A stretch of 64,000 nucleotides of DNA from Cytophagaceae bacterium (GTDB lineage: Bacteria > Bacteroidota > Bacteroidia > Cytophagales > Spirosomataceae), in NCBI GenBank assembly GCA_027488335.1, contig JAIYBU010000114.1, positions 15 through 64,014 on the forward strand. Direction: 5' to 3'. Below, in pieces: positions 56,540-64,000 of this stretch. A program made the position numbers and the translations under genes. Numbering within the stretch: position 1 is the first letter of the stretch; each line of letters begins with the position of its first letter. The notes beneath the pieces were generated by a model. It searched no databases. It saw only the letters and a program-made list of their open reading frames with translations, and had not been told where the DNA came from.

Positions 56540-58462
56540 ATGAAAAACGTCATAAAAATACTTATTTCACTATTTGCCTTTTCGAGTGTATTTGCCCAAA
56601 ATACGGCCGAAAATGAATATTATCGTATCATTACGCTGCCCGTTCCCGAAGGAATGCTTTTGGAAGTGGGTGGTATCACCACCATGCCGTCGGGCGATGT
56701 AGCGTTGGCTACACGTCGTGGGGATATTTGGATTATCAATAACGCTTACATGAATGTAGGCACAGCTCCTTATTACCGAAAATTTGCGAGTGGTTTGCAC
56801 GAAATTTTGGGTTTAGTTTATAAAAATGGGTCATTTTATTGTGCTCAACGTGGCGAACTGACAAAATTGACTGATAAAAACGGTGATGGTCGTGCAGATT
56901 CTTACGAAACGGTGGCAAACTTACCAATTTCGGGTCATTACCACGAATATACGTTCGGGCCTAAATTGATGCCAGACGGCTCAATGATTATTACTGGGAA
57001 CGTAGCTTTCGGTGATGAAGAATGGTGGAGAGGCGAAAGCCGCCGACCAGGTAGAGGTTGGGCAATGAAGATTTCGGAAGATGGGAAAGTCGAGCCTTAT
57101 GCAACGGGTATGCGTTCGCCGTGCGGAATCGGTGCAATTGATGGCGAATTTTGGTATGGCGATAATCAAGGCGACTGGATGGGTTCGGGTTTTATTACTC
57201 AAGTAAATAAAGGTGATTTTATGGGGCATCCAGCGGGTTTGCGTTGGACTGGTGAGCCTAATTCACCAGTAAAATTGACTACTGAACAACTTTATGCTAA
57301 AATTGACCCTCGTAAAACAAAAGATGCTAATGGTTATTATATAAAACCTGAAAATATCGAAACTGAGCGTGGAAAGTATCTTTTTGAAATGAAAAAAGAT
57401 ATTCCCGAACTAAAATTACCAGCGGTTTGGTTGCCTCACGGAGTTTTGGGTATTTCTACTTCTGAAATTATCAAAGACGAAACTAATGGTGCTTTTGGCC
57501 CATTTTCAGGGCAACTTTTTGTGGGCGACCAAGGGAAAAGCAACCTTACACGTGTCTTTATCGAAAAAGTAAACGGTGAGTATCAAGGTGCAGCATTTCC
57601 TTTCAAAGATGGTTTTCAGTCAGGGACATTACGTATGGTTTTCGGTAATGACGGCTCTATGTTTGTGGGTGAAACCAATCGTGGATGGGGTTCGGCAGGT
57701 ACAACAACTGCTGGTATCGAACGCTTGGTTTGGACAGGAAAAATGCCTTTTGAAATGAAAACCATGAAAGCCACACCCGATGGTTTTGAAGTTGAATTTA
57801 CAAAACCTGTCAATAAAGCAACGGCCGCTGATTTCAAGAATTACCAAATCCGTAGTTTCATTTACAAATACCAACCCGTTTATGGTAGCCCAACCGTTGA
57901 TGAGAAGTTTTTGACTATAAAAGGTTTAAAAATATCAGACGACGGCTTGAAAGTAAGATTATTGGTAGATGGTTTACGTGAGCATTATATTCACGAATTA
58001 AAAGCCGATGGTGTAAAAGATACGGATGGAAAGGCACTTTTGCACGGTTTAGCATTCTATACCCTCAACAATATTCCGAATGGAGAAAAAATGAGTAGTT
58101 ACACGCCACGTCCAGCTAATTTGAAAGTAGATACCAAAGCAACTGCCGAAGTAAAACTAACAACTCCTGATGATGTAAATGCTAAGAAAACAGCCGCAGC
58201 CAAAGTACCAACTTTTGAAGAAGTAAAACCACTATTGCAGAAACACACATGTGTGGCTTGCCACCAAGCTGATAAACGCATGGTTGGCCCAGCATTTAAA
58301 GATGTAGCAAAACGAAAATATTCAGACGAAAAAATCGTAGAACTTATCTATAAGCCCCAACCAAAAAATTGGCCAGAATATGCCACTGAAATGGCTCCAA
58401 TGCCGCAAGTGCCAAAGGCTGATGCCTTGAAGATTGCTGCTTGGATAAATTCATTGAAATAA
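56540..58462 (+). CDS. Secreted beta-propeller (sugar dehydrogenase-like) protein with a C-terminal c-type cytochrome
   Basis: D.NGDGRAD; YATGMRSPCG; DNQGDW; C-terminal CVACH...VGPAF with distal Met (MAPM). Confidence 0.8.
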   Translation: MKNVIKILISLFAFSSVFAQNTAENEYYRIITLPVPEGMLLEVGGITTMPSGDVALATRRGDIWIINNAYMNVGTAPYYRKFASGLHEILGLVYKNGSFYCAQRGELTKLTDKNGDGRADSYETVANLPISGHYHEYTFGPKLMPDGSMIITGNVAFGDEEWWRGESRRPGRGWAMKISEDGKVEPYATGMRSPCGIGAIDGEFWYGDNQGDWMGSGFITQVNKGDFMGHPAGLRWTGEPNSPVKLTTEQLYAKIDPRKTKDANGYYIKPENIETERGKYLFEMKKDIPELKLPAVWLPHGVLGISTSEIIKDETNGAFGPFSGQLFVGDQGKSNLTRVFIEKVNGEYQGAAFPFKDGFQSGTLRMVFGNDGSMFVGETNRGWGSAGTTTAGIERLVWTGKMPFEMKTMKATPDGFEVEFTKPVNKATAADFKNYQIRSFIYKYQPVYGSPTVDEKFLTIKGLKISDDGLKVRLLVDGLREHYIHELKADGVKDTDGKALLHGLAFYTLNNIPNGEKMSSYTPRPANLKVDTKATAEVKLTTPDDVNAKKTAAAKVPTFEEVKPLLQKHTCVACHQADKRMVGPAFKDVAKRKYSDEKIVELIYKPQPKNWPEYATEMAPMPQVPKADALKIAAWINSLK

Positions 58463-58476
58463 GAATTTTTGTGAAT

Positions 58477-58512
58477 AAAAAAGCTCTTTCGAGAAATCGG
58501 AAGAGCTTTTTT
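58477..58512. terminator. Bidirectional terminator
   Basis: AAAAAAGCTCTT...AAGAGCTTTTTT. Confidence 0.8.
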
Positions 58513-58535
58513 TCTGATTAGTACTAATTTTTGCC

Positions 58536-59153
58536 TTAAATAGGTTTGAAAATCAAATCACGGTAATCCATCATTGATTTACGGATAACTTCATGGGCAT
58601 CTTCACGGCCATACACGTTCGAGATTTCGATGGCGTTTTTCTCATCGGGCAAACTCTTATAAGTCAAAAAATAGTGTTTCAAACGAGTAATGATGGCTTC
58701 TGGAAGTTCGCTAATATCGGTATATTTTTGATAAATCGGGTCAGCAACCAACACCGCAATGATTTTATCATCGGCTTCGCCTTTATCGAGCAAACAAAGT
58801 CCACCAATCGGAATAGCTTGCAATAAAATATCACCATGCGGAATATGGTGGCTCGAAAGCACACAAATATCCAATGGGTCACCATCGCCTTCGAGTACTT
58901 TGTCTGCTCCACGTTCACGAGCCAATTTGGCTACTTCTTCACCGCAATATGTCTGCGGAATAAATCCATATAGTGATGGAATAATGTTTGAATATTTTTG
59001 TGGACGGTCAATTTTCAAATACCCCGATTCTTTATCTACTTCATATTTAATGGTATCTGACGGTACAATTTCGACAAATACAGTAACTCTTTCTGGTGCA
59101 TTTTCACCTACCGAAATGCCATGCCACGGGTGTGCTTTGTAAACTGGTTTCAT
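58536..59153 (-). CDS. ppa: Inorganic pyrophosphatase (family I)
   Basis: AHPWHG; KYEVDK; LYGFIPQTY; GDGDPLDICV; DDKIIAV. Confidence 0.93.
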   Translation of the reverse strand: MKPVYKAHPWHGISVGENAPERVTVFVEIVPSDTIKYEVDKESGYLKIDRPQKYSNIIPSLYGFIPQTYCGEEVAKLARERGADKVLEGDGDPLDICVLSSHHIPHGDILLQAIPIGGLCLLDKGEADDKIIAVLVADPIYQKYTDISELPEAIITRLKHYFLTYKSLPDEKNAIEISNVYGREDAHEVIRKSMMDYRDLIFKPI

Positions 59154-59403
59154 AATCTAAGAATTCAAATTTTCAGCAAAGAAACGCAATAAACAAGGAT
59201 TTGGCAAATAAGATGTGTGATATTAACACATTGACAACAAACATAAAGGCTGAGTTTGAGTAGTTTTACTTAGTTGATTACTATTGCAACTTCATGTCCT
59301 GAATAAATATTGAGAAGAAGTTTTAAAGAAATCAAAGAATGGTTAAGTTTGAGGAATAAACACACCGTGTGTGAAGAATTTTTTACCTAAATTAAAATAT
59401 CTA

Positions 59404-60690
59404 ATGAAAAAACTCCTAACTCTGGCTCTTTCATTTTTAGCTATTTGTTCGTTCGGACAAAGCTCCCTGAAAGCAAAAATAAATGCAAAAGCCGATGCCA
59501 TCGACTCAAAAGTAGTCACTTGGCGAAGAGACATTCACCAAAATCCCGAACTCGGAAATCGTGAATTTAAGACTGCCGCAAAAATTGCTGCTCACCTAAA
59601 ATCACTTGGAATAGACGTGCAAGAAAAAGTAGCCTACACAGGCGTGGTGGGAGTTCTGAAAGGCGGAAAACCTGGCCCAGTAGTATTATTAAGAGCCGAT
59701 ATGGATGCTCTACCAGTAACCGAAAGAGCGGATATTCCGTTCAAATCAAATGTTGTGACAGAGTATAACAACCAAAAAACTGGCGTGATGCACGCTTGCG
59801 GACACGACACGCACGTGGCGATTTTAATGGGTGTGGCCGAAGTGCTTTCGTCGATGAAAAATGATTTAGCAGGAACGGTGAAGTTTTGTTTTCAACCCGC
59901 CGAAGAAGGAGCTCCAGCAGGCGAAGAAGGTGGAGCAGATTTGATGATAAAACAAGGTGTGATGGAAAACCCGAAAGTGGATGTGGCTTTTGGATTGCAC
60001 ATTAATTCTCAGACAAATGTCGGTCAAATCAGGTACCGTTCTGGCCCAGAAATGGCTGCTGCTGACACTTATACACTTAAAATTAAAGGAAAACAAACGC
60101 ACGGAGCAAGTCCGTGGAGTGGTATTGACCCGATTGTAGCTGGCTCGCAAATCGTGATGGCTTATCAAACCATCATCAGCCGAAATGTGGATATTACCGA
60201 AAACCCTGCTATTGTAACGGTTGGGGCTTTTAATGCAGGAATCAGAAGCAATATTATTCCCGAAGAAGCAACGATGATTGGTACAATCAGAACTTTCAGC
60301 GAAGCACAACAAAAACTTATTCATAGAAGAATGCAAGAAATTGCCACAAACATTGCCGAAAGTGCTGGTGCTACGGCCGATTTAAAAATCAATATTGGCG
60401 TGCCTGTGACGTACAACGACCCAACATTAACCGAAAAGATGGTGCCTACTCTAACGGCTTTAGCGGGGAAAGAAAACTTATTGCAAGCACCATTGGCTAC
60501 TGGTGCCGAAGATTTTAGTTTCTTTGGCAAAAAAGTACCTGCATTTTTCTTCTTTTTGGGCGGAAAACCAATCGGAAGCACGGCGGCAGCTCCGCACCAT
60601 ACACCCGATTTCTTTATTGATGATAGCGGTTTAGGCCTCGGCGTAAAAGCCCTTTGCCATTTGACAGTTGATTATTTTGAGAAGAAGTAG
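59404..60690 (+). CDS. M20-family amidohydrolase
   Basis: RRDIHQNPELGNRE; LRADMDALP; MHACGHD; FQPAEE; HGASPW; GAEDF; PHH. Confidence 0.92.
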   Translation: MKKLLTLALSFLAICSFGQSSLKAKINAKADAIDSKVVTWRRDIHQNPELGNREFKTAAKIAAHLKSLGIDVQEKVAYTGVVGVLKGGKPGPVVLLRADMDALPVTERADIPFKSNVVTEYNNQKTGVMHACGHDTHVAILMGVAEVLSSMKNDLAGTVKFCFQPAEEGAPAGEEGGADLMIKQGVMENPKVDVAFGLHINSQTNVGQIRYRSGPEMAAADTYTLKIKGKQTHGASPWSGIDPIVAGSQIVMAYQTIISRNVDITENPAIVTVGAFNAGIRSNIIPEEATMIGTIRTFSEAQQKLIHRRMQEIATNIAESAGATADLKINIGVPVTYNDPTLTEKMVPTLTALAGKENLLQAPLATGAEDFSFFGKKVPAFFFFLGGKPIGSTAAAPHHTPDFFIDDSGLGLGVKALCHLTVDYFEKK

Positions 60691-60701
60691 ATATCTGAAC
60701 A

Positions 60702-60739
60702 TTTTCCTCCGAGTCCCTTAAATGAGACTTGGAGGAAAA
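60702..60739. terminator. Bidirectional terminator
   Basis: TTTTCCTCCGAGTC...GACTTGGAGGAAAA. Confidence 0.7.
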
Positions 60740-60758
60740 TAAAAGTTACTTAAAATCT

Positions 60759-62276
60759 CTACCTCAACCCCACTACCAAAGTCACCACAGCCTCAGCAGG
60801 TATTTCAATACTCGCACCTTTGATTTGACTATGAGCCAAATTCTTATCTTTTGATGTGGTGTAGGCATCAATTACTTGATTTTTGGTAAGATTTGGCAGT
60901 TCAATTCGCTGATTTTGGGTAGGATTCACAATTACTACCACCAACTCTTTTACACTTTTATAGGCCGAAACCATCAAATCTTTAGTATCGGTTTCTATTT
61001 TTATTCGCTGCATTTGTGGTCTGACGAATCTTGAAAAATTACCAAATGCCCAAAGGAGTTTTGAATCAAAGACTTCTGCATCAAATTTATTGCTGTCGTT
61101 TTCGCCTTTTACACCATTATTGGCCACGTAAATCAAGCCATCTTTATAATCGTTGGCACTGACCGAAAGCCACCAATGCCACGCCGAAGCATTGGCATAA
61201 GTCAAATCGGCATGAATAACTTTGGCAACATACAAAGCGGTTTTCATGCCTAAATCTTGTCCGCCACCTTCAATTTCGCCAGCGTTATCGCCCAAAATAC
61301 AATATTCTGACTGCCAATAATTGATTTTTTGTTGCTGAATTTTAGCCGATAGTTCTTGACGTTTACCGATTAGTTCACTACTCGGCGAGGTTGTGAAATA
61401 GCTATGTCCGCAAATCAGTTTTTCGACCGAATTTAAGTTACCAACGTAGTTTTTACTCGACTCCGAAAAGAAACTTTCAATCTGATTATCTTGCCCTACT
61501 TCGCTTCGATTACTCTTCGATTTGTACAAATAATCAATCTGTGCAGCATCCGTAATTACAACCTTTGTGTTTAGTTTTTGTTCGGTCATCTTTGTATCGA
61601 GTTTCCGCACCGCCCAAGCCAAATCTTCATTGTTGATGGGCGTTCCTTCCTGCGAGCCAAACCCTGATTTCGATTTTGGACCCCAATCCCACTGCGGTTC
61701 ATTGAATGGACTTATATAATCGAATTTCAATTTTGCCGAAACTTCCGCCAGAAAACCAGTAAAATCATCAATTTTGGTTTTATCGAAATTCCAGTCGCCC
61801 AGTTTGCCGCTACCAATGGCCAAGCCATTTTTGGTCATCGAAACTGGGGCAGAATTCAGGAAACCCAGCGTAAAATCTACGCCTTTACGTTTGGCTGCTT
61901 CCAAAAACCATTGTTGGCCACGCTGTTTGTTCCAATTATATTTTCCATTTTCCAAAAAGCATTCAGCTCTACGCCATTCGTTCGTAATTTTACTATCAAT
62001 TCCTTGCTCGGTGCTGCCCGCACCAATATTAAATCGCCACATCGAAAGCCCAATTCCTTTCGGGTTGCCTGCTTTGTCGAGTTCTTTGCTAAATAATAGA
62101 TTGGCTATTTTTTCTCGTTTTTCAAGAGGATAATGTTCTCCTACCATTTGCATCGACCAACAATCCGACGCCCCAAAGCTGTGGATAGTTTGGTAGGTGG
62201 TTTTGGTATCTATTTTTAGTTTTTGAGAAAAACAGACTTGGGAAATAAGTAAGAGGGCGACGAATAATTGCTTCAT
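60759..62276 (-). CDS. Glycoside hydrolase family 30
   Basis: GIGLSMWRFNIGAGS; acid/base SPFNEPQW; nucleophile WQSEYC; WHWW. Confidence 0.85.
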   Translation of the reverse strand: MKQLFVALLLISQVCFSQKLKIDTKTTYQTIHSFGASDCWSMQMVGEHYPLEKREKIANLLFSKELDKAGNPKGIGLSMWRFNIGAGSTEQGIDSKITNEWRRAECFLENGKYNWNKQRGQQWFLEAAKRKGVDFTLGFLNSAPVSMTKNGLAIGSGKLGDWNFDKTKIDDFTGFLAEVSAKLKFDYISPFNEPQWDWGPKSKSGFGSQEGTPINNEDLAWAVRKLDTKMTEQKLNTKVVITDAAQIDYLYKSKSNRSEVGQDNQIESFFSESSKNYVGNLNSVEKLICGHSYFTTSPSSELIGKRQELSAKIQQQKINYWQSEYCILGDNAGEIEGGGQDLGMKTALYVAKVIHADLTYANASAWHWWLSVSANDYKDGLIYVANNGVKGENDSNKFDAEVFDSKLLWAFGNFSRFVRPQMQRIKIETDTKDLMVSAYKSVKELVVVIVNPTQNQRIELPNLTKNQVIDAYTTSKDKNLAHSQIKGASIEIPAEAVVTLVVGLR

Positions 62277-62418
62277 TGACTTTGGTGAATTGAATAAGAT
62301 AAAATGAGACTGCAATTATAAGTAAAATCTCATTACCAATTCTTATTCATCCAAACACTTCTAAAAACAACTGCGGTTTCAGCTTTAAACTTCGTAGAGC
62401 GAAATTAAGGCAAGTATT

Positions 62419-63999
62419 TCAATCTAATGGATTTACACAGCCATTAATTCTTGCTTTAAAAACACTTCCATTTTCTACTTTAAAACCAGGATTTAATAAA
62501 ATTGATTTTCCTGCATCAAATTTTACGTGACTGTTGACTTTGATTGTACTTGTTGATATAATATTTTCACTCACTTCATATTTTTTTACTTCATTAACGG
62601 CCCCAATGTCATTTGTCAAGGTATACGTATTTTTACAAATAGGTAAAACATAAAGTTCTGTACCCAACAAGCCATCGCCTGCAACGAAGTAGAGTTTTCC
62701 ATTATTATGAAAAAAATTATTCACCTCCTCTTGATAACCCGAATTATAGCTTGTTAATTTAATTGTGGAGGCATCATCTCCATCGGTTTTCCAAAGTTCT
62801 ATTCCATTTATGTCGTCATATCCCTGAAAATAGAGAGAATTGTATAAAAATAAGCCTTTTGAGCTTGGGAAATTTGAAGGTGTAAAACCTCCATTATCTG
62901 AAACTTTCACAGATGAAGTTATATTCCCATCAGTTTTGTAAAGCTTCATTCCACTATTTTCCAAAACTTTACGAGCATAGAAGTAAAGAAAATTATCTGA
63001 TACAACAAAATTGGCTGGGCTTGAATTGGAATCGGAGTTATCAATATTATGATTTAGCCTTGTTCCATTTATAGTTCCATCACTTTCCCAAAGTTCATAG
63101 CCCGAACCGCTCTGAAAAGCACTAAAGTAAACTTTATTTTTAAAAGTTATTCTTTCCTTTCCTACCGCATAGCTTGATAAATAATCTTTGAGAATATACG
63201 TTGATGCTTCCTTTCCTTCCGAAATCCATAATTTTTGTCCATTATCAGTCGTAAAAAACAATTTACCAAGTGCTTCATTCATTATATCCAGCGTTTCATT
63301 CATAAGATTCGCAAATCCGAAATCTTTTACTATTACAGTGCCAAGTTCAGTTCCATCACTTTTCCAAAGACTTCTTCCTGAAGCATTATCAATCGTAAAG
63401 TAAAGCGTATTTCCTACTTTTGTTAATCGAGATGGTTTAGCAGTAAATGATTTAATCTGAAATGTCCCTGCCGTTGTTCCATCTGTACGCCAGAGAGTGC
63501 TATATTTTGAAAACAATACAAATTCTTCGAAAACCGTAAAATCGTATTTAGGTTGATAATCATACATATTATCTACTACAACGGTTTTTGAAGTACCATC
63601 TGTTTTCCAAAGTATTTTGTCAGTACCAACATAAAGGTTATTTTTAAAAATAAAGATTCCACCAAACCAAGTATGACTACTTTTATTGAATGCTTCGGGA
63701 AGATTAGTAATTGGAAGAGGAGTGAAATTATGAAAAAGTTCAGTATTTGTAGAACTACCATCTGTTCTCCAAAGCTGTTTTCCATGTTTTATATCATTGG
63801 CTACGAAATAAGTGTATTCACCTAAATTTGTAAAATTAGAAGGTTTTGAAGAAGTAATATTTGTATTTACATCTTTCAGAAATGTTGTTTGAGGAGCTGT
63901 GCCATTTGTTTTCCATAATTCAAAACCATGCTCATCATCGTATGCTGTAAAAAATACTTGATTTGTATTTGCCGCTATTGGCTCGCCATTATCATATAC
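62419..63999 (-). CDS. ELWxxDGT-repeat protein, partial (5' end beyond the window)
   Basis: The frame is open from the right edge (VYDNGEP...GFELWKTNGT...QLWRTDGS...ILWKTDGT) into the called ORF 62419-63567; C-terminal AGKSILLNPGF...F.A.I.GC domain. Confidence 0.9.
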   Translation of the reverse strand, partial: VYDNGEPIAANTNQVFFTAYDDEHGFELWKTNGTAPQTTFLKDVNTNITSSKPSNFTNLGEYTYFVANDIKHGKQLWRTDGSSTNTELFHNFTPLPITNLPEAFNKSSHTWFGGIFIFKNNLYVGTDKILWKTDGTSKTVVVDNMYDYQPKYDFTVFEEFVLFSKYSTLWRTDGTTAGTFQIKSFTAKPSRLTKVGNTLYFTIDNASGRSLWKSDGTELGTVIVKDFGFANLMNETLDIMNEALGKLFFTTDNGQKLWISEGKEASTYILKDYLSSYAVGKERITFKNKVYFSAFQSGSGYELWESDGTINGTRLNHNIDNSDSNSSPANFVVSDNFLYFYARKVLENSGMKLYKTDGNITSSVKVSDNGGFTPSNFPSSKGLFLYNSLYFQGYDDINGIELWKTDGDDASTIKLTSYNSGYQEEVNNFFHNNGKLYFVAGDGLLGTELYVLPICKNTYTLTNDIGAVNEVKKYEVSENIISTSTIKVNSHVKFDAGKSILLNPGFKVENGSVFKARINGCVNPLD

Positions 64000-64000
64000 A

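Noticed and set aside
59212-59230. ATGTGT-N7-ACACAT palindrome between ppa and the amidohydrolase as a CRP site
   Set aside because: The spacing does not fit TGTGA-N6-TCACA and it occurs once in AT-rich DNA
817-61911. Many 60-160 aa ORFs antisense to or out of frame with real genes (e.g. 817-1167, 3724-4206, 19328-19714, 37778-38158, 51110-51487, 59866-60336)
   Set aside because: They lie wholly within well-supported genes and have no motifs; they are shadow ORFs
63576-63785. Apparent split or frameshift in the ELWxxDGT gene
   Set aside because: Manual translation shows one open frame from 63999 into 62419-63567; the 69-aa ORF is an alternate-frame shadow
1-64000. Prophage, integrase, rRNA, riboswitch or CRISPR-Cas system
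   Set aside because: No phage structural, integrase or cas motifs, no rRNA-like stretch, and no riboswitch consensus was recognised by eye; an Rfam/Infernal scan would be needed to exclude ncRNAs

Overview
64 kb of an AT-rich Bacteroidota chromosome. The TAnnTTTG promoters, gene content and C-terminal domain of the ELWxxDGT protein suggest Cytophagales, possibly Emticicia or a relative; this is an inference. Most of the window is core or metabolic: menF-like isochorismate synthase, three thioredoxin-fold proteins, IscA/HesB, a large orphan sensor kinase, DoxX/HxlR/pnuC, L-rhamnose isomerase, lutABC, tatC, Skp, penicillin acylase, an M16 protease, a PDZ aspartyl protease, a NucA-type nuclease, ppa, an M20 amidohydrolase and a GH30. 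The parts most worth a second look are: (1) a LytS/LytTR locus whose regulon can be read from the DNA as three direct-repeat boxes with 21-bp period, and which includes small uncharacterised proteins and a CPBP-like membrane protein lacking the catalytic residues; (2) an 11-kb minus-strand redox block containing pntAB, a three-subunit 2-oxoacid oxidoreductase with a fused ferredoxin/NAD(P)H reductase, DUF5990 and an uncharacterised 605-aa Cys-rich probable flavoprotein behind a 6-4-6 palindrome; (3) an intact tRNA-Arg(CCG) preceded by a broken second copy carrying a 14-nt mini-hairpin insert, with similar short GC-rich hairpins at two other sites; (4) a frameshifted, 5'-truncated REP-associated tyrosine transposase plus several REP-like doublets; (5) a DUF6922/AbiEii pair between the rhamnose isomerase and lutABC. 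No CRISPR array, rRNA or prophage was seen. Family names come from motif recognition by eye; no database searches were run.
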